Source: Lama glama (lineage: Eukaryota). From it: a stretch of DNA of 64,000 nt. The position numbers were made by a program, and so were the translations under genes. The notes under the pieces are model-generated. The model worked only from the letters and a program-made list of their open reading frames with translations. It did no database searches and had not been told where the DNA came from. Of the stretch, positions 51,601 through 64,000 are shown in pieces (positions within the stretch are counted from its first letter, which is position 1; every line of letters starts with the position of its first letter). The DNA is taken from assembly GCA_028534125.1 (NCBI GenBank), contig CM052818.1, positions 23,560,001 through 23,624,000 on the forward strand, in the 5' to 3' direction.

Positions 51601-53614
51601 TCAGTCCATCATATTGCTGGATAAGTAAGACTAAACTCTTTCCCCCCGCAGATGGAGTCCTTTTGATAGTATTATTTGACTTGAAATACAAGTGATATCC
51701 GACATGGTGGATATATCTGTGCTTCTTAAAAATTCTCTTGCCGTCATAAAGGGGGTGAAGCTTTCTGGGTGTGTGCAGTCAGTGCCTCCTAGAAGACTTG
51801 CCACAAATTTTGGAAAGGCTCATGAGCCTTGACTTTAGAATGGCTAGAGGTTTTCTGTAGTATATGGACACACCATCAGTATAATGCAGGTAATATCAGG
51901 TCAGATAAATCACCTATTTAAATTTAGAATTTTCAAGGATCTGTTTTTTGTGTTCCTAAAAGAAAAAAATCATCCTGGTCATTCCAAGTAGCTGGCTGAT
52001 AAATATTGGGAGAGCATTGAAATATCTCTCCTCTAAGAAGGAGAAATGAGAGTAAAAAATAAAGTGAATTATCAATTCATTGATTAAGATCCTTTAAATC
52101 ACGTAAGAGTCCCTAACAACTAAGTCATCATGACCAGAGACTCCAATGGGTCTATTTTCATAATTTTGATAATTTAAAAAAAATGAGATTTCTTAAATTA
52201 TTCTATGGGATTTTTCTGTGAGGTTAATAAGCAAAAGGAATAAAAGTCATGACAACAGAGCGACTGGAGGCAAGAAATGATACAATAATAGAACTTCATC
52301 TGGTACCCCATTTTTCTTCTGTGACACAGAGGTGGGGTAGGGGAGAAGTGGGAGCCATCTAGACTCAAACACCAATTGAAAGAGCAGATTGGACTACCTC
52401 ATTGAAATGCATGCTTACAGATAGGATTGTGAATGTTCTAGATTGCTTAACCTTACAGTGTGTTTATTAAGAACTTTCTTCGTCTTCATTTTTTATGTAG
52501 TTAGTTATAGCCTACTTTAAAATATTGATTATTTGATATTATTTTCCTTTGATTAAATGTAAAAATTAAACTCATACATTTTATTTTATACCTTATCACT
52601 GTATAAAACTTGATTTTCTGTCTATAATTAATGGTTTTAGAACCCAAGGTAAGCAGTAAGGAAAAGTATAAAGCCCTGAGCTTCTTATTCATGCCATCCT
52701 TTAATGGGGTCATTTTGGTTCTTTTATAGCAGAACAGTTGAGATAATCACAGCTTTATGACTGGGAAAGTTAAGAATTTTTTCATTCACAGATGACTTGC
52801 AAAGTCAGTGAGCCTGTAAGAGGTGAAGTACTTTATGGTGACAGTCCTGTATTGTATATAAAACCTATGGCTTTTTATCTTTCTTGAGTGGCGTGTTAAG
52901 AATATCTGAAGCAGGCAGTGGTGCATAAAAAATCCCGAGTCATGCAATCTCAGGGACTGAAAGAGTATTCAGAAGTTTAGTTGGAGTCTACCATCATTTT
53001 TAATTAATAATGACCTTAACATGAAAATTAGCAGGATTCTTTAAGATAGCAGGTAGACATTACCATAATTTTTTTCTATCTGGAAAAATTATCCCCATAT
53101 CTTCCTTTAAAAAAAAAACCTGAATTTCAGATAAAGGAATATGTACATAAATTCATTGTCATGGGTTTCTGCTACATTTGTTTATTCTACTAGATGTATT
53201 GCTGATGTCTCATAGTTTTTGGAGGCCAGAGTTCACATTCCTATTTTCAACAAATGAAGGCTTACATGGTTCCATTGGACCTGGCCTTTCTAAGCAAACA
53301 CAGTTTAGAGGGAAAAAGGGTATGTTTACCATTCTCATCACCTTCATAGAAGACTCTCTTTATTACTCATTAAAAACAGTAGTACATTTGCAAATTTTGT
53401 ATGTACTATTATGACCAAAGTTTATTGTAACTATTGTCATGGACAGTTACAAATAACAGTATGCTGAAGGGGATCCTGTCATTTATTTGGTCATGATTAA
53501 TCCTTGTATATTGCATAGCTGTGATAATAATGTTCATTATGCAGTGTTCTAGATTAATGACAGAGGGTGAGGATGTCACAGGATCCCATTAGTTTTTCAT
53601 GTATATCAGCTCAC

Positions 53615-53742
53615 TTTCTTTTTTGCGGAGTAGGTAATTAGGTTTATTTATATATTTATTTTTAGAGAAGGTACTGGGAATTGAACCCAGGACGTTGTGC
53701 ATGCTAAGTCTGTGCTCCACCACTTGAGCTATACCTTTCCCC
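53615..53742 (-). mobile_element. Camelid tRNA-derived SINE (Vic-1-like)
   Basis: Reverse strand ggggaaaggtatagctcaagtggtggagcacagacttagcatgcacaacgtcctgggttcaattcccagtacc...aaacctaattacct; clearly homologous to the copy at 5270-5408. Confidence 0.9.
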
Positions 53743-55080
53743 TAGTTTTCCATGTGAGTCAATTCAATCTCTTTCGTGCAGATACTGTGTGATTACTGTA
53801 AAAATACATTATATACGTGTATATATGTAAATCAACCAACCATTCTGGGCTACATATAGCTACTGTATAAGGAAGGTGAACCAGGAAACAAAATTAAAGA
53901 ATAGGACTGATGATTGGGTTTGCAACACTGATTAACCTACTTACTTTGGAAAACATCTTCAGGGTTCCCTGTAAAATTCAGATAAACAACATGCTTCGCT
54001 GCTGTGTTGTGTTTTTTTGTTTGTTTGTTTGAATCACAGGAGCAAGAGGCCAGTACAGTCGTCTTTTTCATGTCTACCCAAATCATTAACTGCCATGAAA
54101 AGTGGCTCATGTCCTTACTCATCATCAGGGTTCCCTGTGAAGAATCTTTATAGCTTTATTCTCCTTCGTTGAAGAGAGGTTTTCTAATGTCCTGAGAGAA
54201 ATCAAACCTACCTGCATTTTCTGTTTCTGCCAGCCAGCTCACGTTCCTAAGATACCCAAGTATTCTTCAGTCAAGGAGACTCTTCCTGGAAACAAACAGA
54301 AAGACAAGTGATGAATTTTATTCACACAATTGGGATACATTTTTATTCAGTCTATGAATTATAATATGATCATCTTTAATGGTTTTTCTGGAGTAATAGC
54401 TGAAGACATTTGGTGACAATCAGAGTAAGGCAAGTTGCAAGGAATTTTTAAGGATACGTGTAAAAATGGCGAGGAAATGTGGCTAATTGAATAAATAAAC
54501 ACAGTCAGGATAGCTCTTTTAGTATGATAACCTCTTGATATCACTTAAGGGAATGAAGTGGAATATGTCACTAAGGCAATATATGAATATAATATGCAGA
54601 AGCTAATAACTCACTGCAGAAAATTGTCCTCCTAAACTATGAATTATTGTTCTGCTAGTGAATGCTATATAAGGCTATTTCTAGGACTGGATTTGAACAC
54701 ACTTAAATACATATAAAATTGCTGAATGCCTCTTCCACCCTCAGTATATTAAGTTGTTTCTTTTCGTGATGAATGCACAGTATGCATAGATTCATAGATC
54801 ATCTCATTTGATAGAAAGAAGATCTTGTTTGAATCCCTCCTTATAGTCATACATTGTAATTGAGTTTAGTTGTCAGAGATATATGGAAATACATCTCTGG
54901 ATACTTTATTTTAACTTCACTCATTGCCCATGATCATAAATCAGGAGGCGTGTCTAATAAACCCAGAGACAAATTCAAGGAAGTGTTGTTGACTGTCAGC
55001 ATTGTTTGTTTCCTCAGGGCTGTAGGAACATATGACCTGTTTTTTTCTCTTTTCAGGTAGAAAGTCTTACATACACAATA

Positions 55081-55419
55081 GAGTAGTCCCTCCCTATCCA
55101 CAGCTTCTCCTTGCCCAGTTTCAGTTACCTGTAATCAGCTGCAGTGTGAACGTATTGAATGGAAAATACCAGAAATAGACAATTAGCAGGCTTTAAATTG
55201 CTTGCCATTCTGAGTAGCATGATGAAGTCTTGCACTGCCCCATTCCATCCCATGTGGGATGTGAACCATCCCTTTGTCTGGCGTATTTGTGTTGTATCCC
55301 TCCTGCCTGTTAGTATAGGAAAAAGCATGGCGTATATAGGGTTTACTACCGTCCACGGTTTCAGGCACCTGCTGGGGGTCTTGGAACATATTTGCCATGG
55401 ATAAGGAGGGGGCTTACTT
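55081..55419 (+). mobile_element. MER44A-like TcMar-Tigger MITE, full length
   Basis: TIR-like ends gagtagtccctccctatcc / ggataaggagggggcttactt, TA on both sides, internal ttctgagtagcatgatgaa and catccctttgtc; 339 bp. Confidence 0.9.
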
Positions 55420-56709
55420 TATGCATTTTACGATATTAACTATATTCCAAAAGTAAATTTAATTTGCATAATCCAGGGGAGATAGTGGGAAAGGGAAATG
55501 GTAGCAGAAAGAATGGTAAATATATTTTAATTTGCATATGTCTATAGTTACTTAATAATACCCTTAAACATAAGGTTTTTTGAGCTTCTAAAGGAAGAAA
55601 CATTCTTATGCTTACCTGGACATGGAGTGATGTACCATCTCTAAGAGCATATTGTCAGAGCTCCATACATCATAAAAGTCTTCTTAAATAATTGCTGCAC
55701 TGATAAATTTCACCAGCATGTTGAGCATTCTGGATTCAATTTCAAGGGACACCATTATATTCCTGGCAGTTAGAAATGGATCAGAAATTCTGACAGTCTC
55801 TCACAGGTTGTACTAAATACTGCTAAGAGAAGTTAGTATTTTTTTTTAAAGTCTCTTTCTCAAACCAAAAGGACTCTCCAGCATCAGCTACTCTGGCAGG
55901 ATAATAATAGGCTTTAAAACCATCAACACAAGACTGTCAGTATATAAGCAGAATCTTAGATGTATTCCTAAGCATAAATACACTGTTAGCTTTTTTAAGC
56001 AGGATGATTCACTGCCTCATGTACAAATAGCCAGGGCATCCAGAGTGAGAAACCAATAGCCTGCCATTTACCAAACTTCATTCACTTCACTGGAAACAGT
56101 ACCAGCTTTCAAACAACTAAAAATACCCTGTGACTAACTTAAGGAAAGACAGTGCTCCCTTCCGGAAGCGCAGTTCCCTGAGCGAGTCAAATGTTCTATT
56201 CAAGTTATATTTAAAAGGCACCAATGATTAAGTTCACACGTAGCGTTGAAGGAAATGACTAGATTCGTTGTATCATTTGACGTGAAGAACAGAGCTTTCA
56301 AATATAAAAGCTTGTTAAAAGAGTTAAGGTAAAGACTTACTGCACTTAGGACATTTCAGGAAGCAAACAATATGAATGCACTTGGTGGAGTCGAGAGAGA
56401 ATTGTCTCCCTGGAACAGAACTTCTATCATATGAGAAAGTCTGAAAGTTTTTTGTTTCTAGTAATCACTTTCTGATACTCTTCTTTATGTACATGCAAAG
56501 ATGACGTAGAGTTTTATTATCACACCACTTTCATCCTTTTAAAATTGAAGAGTGTAGCATGCAGATACAGTTAGTCTTTTTCTGTGCATTTTTGGATGAC
56601 TCAGGATGCAAAGCACCTGGGTTAAGGTCAGGATTATCCCTCTTTTTCTAGAAAATGTCTTGACTATACCAACGTTTAAATTTGTATCAAACTGCCTGTA
56701 TGTTCTGTT

Positions 56710-57192
56710 TTCTTTTTTCTTGTGGTAAAATATACATAGCATAAAATCCAACACTTTAATCATTTTAATGCTTACAGTTCAGTGGCATTGAAGACATTGA
56801 CAATGTCGTACAGTCATCTTCACCATCCATCCCTGGAAACTTCTCATCATCCCACATTGAACTCTGTACCCATCAGACAAGAGCTCTCCATGTTCCCCTT
56901 CCCCGACCCCTGGAAATTACCATTCTATTTTCTGTCTCTATGAATTTGACTGCTCTAGGTGCCTCATATAAGTGCATCATAAAATATTTGATCTTTTGTG
57001 ACTGGCTTATTTCACTTCACATGTCTTCACAGCTCATCCATGTTGTAGCATGTATCAGAACTCCTTTTTAAGGCTGAATACTGTTCTGTGGTTTATGTAT
57101 GTACCACACCGTGTTGAACTTTGTTGATTTATTCATCTGTTGATGGACATTTGGGTGGTTTCCACCTTTGGGCTATTGTGGACTGCTGTGAA
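56710..57192 (-). mobile_element. LINE-1 3'UTR fragment (L1MB-like)
   Basis: tgtggtaaaatatacata...tctgtctctatgaatttgactgctctaggt...ttttaaggctgaata...tgatggacatttggg. Confidence 0.9.
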
Positions 57193-57269
57193 ATCTGAGT
57201 AGTTTATTTTCTTCCTCTCATTGTAGCCATGCATTCTGCATTATATTTATGTTCATAATGTATCTTTTG

Positions 57270-57385
57270 TAGTGAATTTTATAAGCTCCTTGAGGACAGA
57301 GTCCTTGCTGGTTTTGTATTTATAACCCCATAATATATCCAGCACAATTTTTAGACCTAATGAGTGTTAAATGATACCAGTTGGA
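57270..57385 (+). mobile_element. L2 tail remnant
   Basis: taagctccttgaggacagag...ccagcaca. Confidence 0.55.
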
Positions 57386-57939
57386 TCACTAAATGCATCA
57401 CAGATAAACTCTGGACTTTATTCATAGCTGCCACCATCATCAGAAACAAGGAGAGGAAAATAAACAACACTTTTAACAATGATCACGGGTAAGTAAGTCC
57501 CTCTGCTCCCTTCTTGAGCCTCCAATTTCCTTTAAGAATGCTCAGGATAAGTAGGGAAAAGGAACTGCTCCAGACTATACATCTAAGTGCGATACAGTAC
57601 GTTACTGCACTACTAGAAGTAGTATAAAAATTATTATCAATATTATCAGTGTGAATCTGAAAGATAGGACATTTAAGGTTCAGCCTGATTCAACGAGCTG
57701 ATTAACAGCATTCTACATGACTATGGTATGAAAGCTCAATGGACGACAGACACCATTCATCAAGCTTGTAGCGCAGCCTTGCGGGTGAACTGAACACCTG
57801 GCTAGACTGCCAATAGCTATGTTTTTTAAGCTGGTATAATTTTTACTACCAGACTTACCTATATTACATAACTTTAGGAACATTCTTTAGCAAGACTGAT
57901 ACATTAAGTGGTTCTAACTCTGAAGAGCTAGACTTTGAA

Positions 57940-58094
57940 CGATAATAGTCATATAATTTATTGAACACTTGCTCTGACCCAGCTATGCTGTATCAGGTGC
58001 CTGGCATGAAGTATTTTATTCAATCATCATAGCTCTACAAGGTTTCTTCTTATATATCCCCTGACACATGTGAGCACTTGCATGTGCGTGCACA

Positions 58095-58154
<60 letters not shown>

Positions 58155-58235
58155 GAGGAGCAGAGGAGCTATTGAATTTGTCAGCAAATTTGGCCAAGAA
58201 CTGAGTCTAGATTGCAATCCAAAATTCCAGATACT
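57940..58235 (-). mobile_element. MIR remnant split by a (CA)n microsatellite
   Basis: ataatagtcatataatttattgaacactt...; degenerate continuation after the CA tract. Confidence 0.5.
58096..58151. repeat. (CA)n microsatellite, ~28 perfect units
   Basis: Seen directly. Confidence 0.98.
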
Positions 58236-58309
58236 TGTTTTATTAAAATTTACTTTGTGGTAAGACTATTCATATACTTTTCAAAGTTTGTTTACTTTAT
58301 TTTCCAACT

Positions 58310-58865
58310 GTATGATTTTTTAAAAATAAAATTAATAGAACACAAAGGGGGATAATTCTTTTATAATTATTTAAAAATAAACTGTCTTGGAAGAAGTAGT
58401 GTATAGACACAGTACAATATCCAGTAGATATAAAGAATGTGTGTGAGAGAAATCTTCCCAGCCAGCCCTGTGTCTAGCTACCTGTTTTCCTCTCCAGGAA
58501 CAACTACTGTTATCAATTTGATTTGTATCCTTCCATAGACATTCTCTGAAAATATAGGTATATACTCAATGTTGAGTTTATTTAAAATATCTTAGATACT
58601 GTTTTATATCAGTACAAATAATACCGCTTCATTGTTTTAATGGCTGTGCCAGATTTTACTTTGTGGTCGAACCATACTTATTTCACCTGCCCACTGCTGG
58701 TCAGCAATTAGATTGCTGCATTTTCTTTCCTTATTGAAACTGAAGCTTCAGTGGGTGTCTTTGTGTTATATCACTTCACACATGTGCTGAAATATTTCAA
58801 GGATAATTTCCTAGAAGTGAAATTTCCGGAGAAGATGATACGTCATCTTAATTTTGATAGTTACT
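58310..58865 (-). mobile_element. Ancient LINE-1 3' fragment (L1ME/MC-like)
   Basis: gcaactactgttatcaattt...tgtatccttcca...ggataatttcctagaagtgaaatt...taattttgatag. Confidence 0.7.
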
Positions 58866-59182
58866 GGTTTGAATCTCCTTAAATGTTTTTCAGGTCATTA
58901 AAATGAATTTCCTTTGAGAAATCCATTTACAAATCCCACGGAATCAATATCAGAATGCAAGGAGGAGACAAGCAGCGATTACTGCATTAAAGCCATAATT
59001 AAACTAAAAACCAGCCCAGGAAAACCAGGGGCATCTTCTGTAGTGTGGCTGACGTCATTGCAGATCTTGTGTATCTGTGAGTCTAGAAAAGACAGGAAAA
59101 TGTTAGAAGGGGGGAATTTTACAGGAAGAGGAGTAAGAACAAAGGTAGAACCTAGTATCACAGACTTGGCCTTCAAGGCCTA

Positions 59183-59235
59183 AAGGGCAGAGCCACCCCA
59201 GGGACACCTGGGTGAAGGGCAGAGCCACCCCAGGG
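59183..59235. repeat. Two perfect 21-bp direct repeats with an 11-bp spacer
   Basis: aagggcagagccaccccaggg at 59183-59203 and 59215-59235. Confidence 0.95.
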
Positions 59236-59864
59236 CAGAACAGGTCGGCCTCTGAGTTGTTGGCTCCCTTTCCCATCCCCAGTGACCGTCTTCCAGTTCC
59301 TCTCTACAACCAGAAGGCCTTGAAGAAGTTGCAGCTGGGAGAAAGGCTGTCAAATTATGATTAAAAAAGAGAGGATGATTAAGGTGATGAAGGTGTTTTA
59401 AATACTATCGAGCAGTTAAAGGAACTGGTGCTTAACTTAGTCATATTGAGCCCTGTCTTCCCTGTGTGGTTCAAATGTTCAGAGTGCCCATGGACAGATT
59501 TAAACAGAGCAAAGATAATATGTAGTTTTTGGCTTCCACACTTTCTCAGAACACAACTACTAGCCCTTATCCACCAGTATCAAGAAGGATGCCTAAAGAC
59601 AACCACCTAGATCCCAGGAACAGTGGTGGAACACTATTGGAACTGTAATGCAGAGCTACCCCATTGTTAGAGATGAAAACAGCACAGCCCCTCATTTCCT
59701 TGTCAAAAGTGCCTTCCATGCTGACTTTCTCATGCTCTGGGTGCAAACCTGTTCTTGTGTTATGTGAGTATACACAGTGCCTCTTCCAGTTTCCTCTGGA
59801 TGCTAGTCTTACACCGTCTCGAAAATTCTGTGCTCCTGTTTCTTAATTCTTCTGTGTTTTTTCC

Positions 59865-61810
59865 AGGTTTATTTTTAAATCTTTACTTTTTTTTTTTTTT
59901 AAAGAAGTTTTAGGTCTACAAGAAAGTTGAGGGGACATAATGATTTCTGGTCTAACCCAATTCCCTATACGTGCATAGCCTCTCCCAATATCAACATAAC
60001 TTATCAGAAAGGTACATTCTAGTTTGTTGTTGTTGTTGTTGTTTTTAACCAAGGATAATCCCATCTTGATGATATAATTACCCAAAGTCCATAGTTTACC
60101 TAAGGGTTCGCTCTTGGTTTTGTACCACTCATTGGGTTATGACTAATGTATAATGACATGTGTCCATCATTATAATCTCATACAGAGTATATTCACTGCC
60201 CTGAATATCCTCCGCGCTCTGCCTGCTCATCCCNNNNNNNNNNNNNNNNNNNNNNNNNNNNNNNNNNNNNNNNNNNNNNNNNNNNNNNNNNNNNNNNNNN
60301 NNNNNNNNNNNNNNNNNNNNNNNNNNNNNNNNNNNNNNNNNNNNNNNNNNNNNNNNNNNNNNNNNNNNNNNNNNNNNNNNNNNNNNNNNNNNNNNNNNNN
60401 NNNNNNNNNNNNNNNNNNNNNNNNNGAGTAATACTCTGTTGTCTGGACTACCGCAGTTTATTTATCTTTTCACCTGCTGAATGGTATCTTGCTTGTTTCC
60501 AAGTTTTAGCAGTTATGAATAAAGTTACTGTAAGCATCCTTGTGCAGGTGTTTGTGTGGAAATAACTTTTCAACTCTTTAGGTTAAATACCAAGGAGCTT
60601 GATTATTGGTCCATGTAATAAGAGTATGTTTAGTTTTGCGACAAACTGCCAAAGTATCTTCCAAAGTGGCTGCACCACTTTGTATGCCCACCAGCAAGGT
60701 ATTAGAGTTGCTTCACATTCTCACCAGCATTTGGTGGTGTCACTGTTCTGGGCTTTAGCCATTCTAGTAAGTTGTGTAGTGGTAGCTCACTGTTACTTTA
60801 ATTTGCAATTCCCTAATGACATCTGATGTAGAGCACTTTCTCATATGTTTATTTTCCGTCTGTGTATCTTCCTTGGTGAGGTTTCTGTTAAGGTCTTTGG
60901 TCCATTTTAAAATCAGGCTGTTTGTTTTCTTAACGCTGAGTTTTAAAAGTTCTTTGTGTAGTTTNNNNNNNNNNNNNNNNNNNNNNNNNNNNNNNNNNNN
61001 NNNNNNNNNNNNNNNNNNNNNNNNNNNNNNNNNNNNNNNNNNNNNNNNNNNNNNNNNNNNNNNNNNNNNNNNNNNNNNNNNNNNNNNNNNNNNNNNNNTT
61101 CTTTCATACATTGTGCCTTTGGTGTTATACCTAAAAAGCGATCGCAATACCCAAGATCCTCTACATTTCTCCNNNNNNNNNNNNNNNNNNNNNNNNNNNN
61201 NNNNNNNNNNNNNNNNNNNNNNNNNNNNNNNNNNNNNNNNNNNNNNNNNNNNNNNNNNNNNNNNNNNNNNNNNNNNNNNNNNNNNNNNNNNNNNNNNNNN
61301 NNNNNNNNNNNNNNNNNNNNNNTCAAGACTTTGTCCCTTTGTCAAAGATTGGTTGCCTGTATCTGTGGGGGTCTATCGCTGTGTTCTCTGTTCTGTTCTA
61401 CTGACCTCTTCGTCCGTTGCCAGTAGCACACTGTCTTAATTACTGTAGCTTTAGAGTAAGCATTGAAATTGGGTGGCATCAGTCCTCCAGCTTTATTTTC
61501 TAGCCTTCAATATTTTTTGGCTGTTCTAGGTTTCTTTTGCATCTCCATATAAACTTTAGAGTTAGTTTTTTCATATCAGCAAATAACTATTTGGGGATTT
61601 GATTGTCATCCGCTTGGAAAGAACTAATACCGTGACAATAGTGAGTCTTCTAATCCATGAACATAAACTCTCTCTCCTCTCATTTAGTTCTTGTTTGATT
61701 TTGTTCATCAGAGTTTTGTGGTCTTCCTCATGGAGATGTTGTTCATATTTTGTTCGACTTGTACCTACCTATGTTAGTTTTTGAAGGGAGGGTGCTAATG
61801 TAAATTGTCT
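59865..61810 (-). mobile_element. LINE-1 3' portion (L1MC/MD-like) with ORF2 C-terminal remnant
   Basis: ORF2p-like KWTKDLNRNLTKEDTQTENKHMRKCSTSDVIRELQIK; 3'UTR cccaaagtccatagtttac; three N gaps inside. Confidence 0.9.
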
Positions 61811-62921
61811 TGAGCAGAAGCAGTCTGTCATGAACCAGTCAAAAGCTTCTCTGTAGACTGAGATCCTGGTTCTCATTCTTGAGAACTGAAGGGCAGATTG
61901 ACATCAACTCTTTAAAGTTCGTTGATGACACAGGGCAATATCCAGCTTACAAATAACAGGGAAAGAGTTTCTGTTTGCAGAGTTTCCTATTCTCAGTTCT
62001 ATCTTTTTCCAGTTTCTTTGTGGCTAATCAGAAATTTAAAGAAGAGTATCTTGACGTTCTTTTTATTTTTAAGATAATGACCTATAGGCAAAAACATTCT
62101 TCAGAGGTTTCTTACTTATTAGATGATCAATCATGCAAAGATATCTTATATTCATAGGATTCAGTTCAACTAAAGATTCACTGTGGTAGAGCAGGAAATA
62201 AAGGTTTTAAAACTATAAAAGTTATAGGTAGAAAAAAATAATGTTTTGCTTCTCATTCCTTTGGGGCAAAGTAGTGTAATACTTAAAAAAAGTTCTCCCA
62301 AACTTGCTATAAACTTGAGGTTTCATAATCTCATCACCCTTTCACTCATTTTACTTCACCCATTTCCTTTTCTCTTCTGTAGTTACCACTACTGAATAGT
62401 TTATCCTTACTCCAATTTAACTCCCCATTATCTCATAATTATGTTTGTTGGCATTTCTCATATCCTGACCCTTAACCTAATACAAATCTTGTCTTGACCG
62501 TATAAGCAGTGGGAACTGTGTGGAGTGTTGTTTCTCTATATGCCGTTCTTGGGTGAAAAAGAGATTTAAGAGAAACTTTCAAACAACTTTGTTTCTGTCA
62601 AAGCCTGGTATGAATGGAGAGATATTTTCCCACTTTTAGGGACCTGCTGAGAGAAAGAACTTTTAAGAAGTACCATTTAAAGAAGCAGTTATTTTATTCT
62701 GAAAAAGGCTAGGTTATGCTATAAATCAGAACAAAGCTTCCAGGGGAGAAGAACATTATTCTTCTGAATGACGAAAATAAGCTCCTTTGTGTTACATAGA
62801 ATGGACAGAAAGGAAAAGCGTGTAGGCTTCAGACCTACAAAATGCATATGTTGCTGCTGAAGGCATGGGCCACCCACCAATGTGGAGGATGATTGTTTAT
62901 CTAATGATTGTTCTGCAGCCC

Positions 62922-62923
<2 letters not shown>

Positions 62924-62963
<40 letters not shown>
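62924..62963. repeat. (TG)n microsatellite
   Basis: About 20 perfect units. Confidence 0.98.
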
Positions 62964-62964
<1 letters not shown>

Positions 62965-63699
62965 TTCATTATTGAAAGATACCAACAAGGGAGAAATGGG
63001 AATTATGTAGACTCAGAGTGGTAATCGTGGACAATTTACGTATAGAAAATTCTTGGTACTTAAAAAATCTATTGTTTAACTATAATCTATCTTATGGTAG
63101 CAATACAAAAGAAAACCAACAGATAAAGAAGGATAAAAGTATTCCAAGTGTTTATTCAAGCTAGAATGGGAAGGCTGGTGGGCTCTGCTTTGGCTGCATT
63201 ATTCATGTGAAAAAGTCTTGTTGTGAAATATGGTTTTTGTAAAATGCAACAAAAACAATGGTGACAGTTGTGAGTGCTTTTCCTCTTCTTCCTATTTACT
63301 TATCTACTTATTTTTCGGTGGTGGTCAGTTTATGGGTTATTTGGCGCAAGTTTAATCAAAGTGTGGAGGTTAGCTTAATTGGAAATAGTGCGTATGTAAC
63401 AAGAGGGTAACTGTTTACTGAGATGCTTTCTTTAACTCAAGATACTGGAATGATAAGATCCTGGGACACTAAAATCATTAGATTTCCTGTTTGCAAGACG
63501 ATGCTTGCACACTACTCTGATAAGGCATGTGTACTTACTAAACTGGTGATCACAACAAAAATCTAGAATGTTGAATTCCAGAATGTGCAGAAATTCGAAG
63601 TCCGAACAGACAGGAATTAAACCAATGGCAATGAAGACTGCGTTCTTTACAGTCAAATGCTCTAAGTCCAATGGAGTCGCAGAGTTTGATGAACTACAG

Positions 63700-63945
63700 A
63701 GTTTTTCTTTGAACATAAAGTCACACACCCAACCTGAACGGACTCCTCGTGAAAGAAGATGCGTAGATGACATGTGATCAAATGCTGGACTTTGTGTCAT
63801 TACAGAATTGCAAATTAAAACAACCATGAGGTATCACTACACACCTATGAGAGTGGCCAAAATCTGGAAAAACTGACACCAAATGCTGGCTAGGATGTGG
63901 AATAGTAGGAACTCTTATTCATTGCTAATGGTGAATGCCAATTTT
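63700..63945 (+). mobile_element. LINE-1 ORF2 C-terminal fragment
   Basis: acctgaacggactcctcgtgaaagaagat...gaattgcaaattaaaacaaccatgaggtatcactacacacc...ggaactcttattcattgct. Confidence 0.85.
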
Positions 63946-64000
63946 CAGGGTTGTTAAATTTTTTTTTAAAAAAAATTCAAAATTCAATATAAAATTCATA

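Noticed and set aside
63432-63827. 131-aa minus and 69-aa plus ORFs in a CpG-richer patch, considered as an exon or viral insert
   Set aside because: The right part aligns to L1 ORF2, the peptides are unrecognisable, and the GTAAGT donor at 63533-63538 has no good acceptor partner.
1-64000. Host protein-coding gene or a prokaryote-style novel system (operon, CRISPR, defence island)
   Set aside because: The sequence is mammalian and repeat-rich. ORFs are short, often start at non-ATG codons and lack recognisable domains other than L1 remnants. There is no repeat-spacer array and no consistent chain of coding exons.

Overview
This is mammalian non-coding genomic DNA (intergenic or deep intronic) from a gapped draft assembly with six N-runs. 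Two copies of a tRNA-derived SINE matching the camelid Vic-1 family point to camel, alpaca or llama. I find no credible host protein-coding gene, RNA gene or CRISPR array. The only recognisable coding remnants are decayed LINE-1 ORF1/ORF2 pieces. Much of the window is interspersed repeat: L1, L2, MIR, MaLR/ERVL/ERV1 solo LTRs, hAT and Tigger MITEs, and microsatellites. All family names come from recalled consensus sequences, not a search. I cannot support a novel biological system here. The best leads are: (i) a ~1.47 kb L1 whose 5'UTR/ORF1 start is fused directly to the 3'UTR inside an apparent target-site duplication; (ii) three CTCF-consensus sites in divergent orientation, one carried by an L1 5'UTR; (iii) a canonical-looking 126-nt minus-strand exon plus weaker non-coding exon candidates; (iv) several repeat-poor, motif-rich candidate enhancers.
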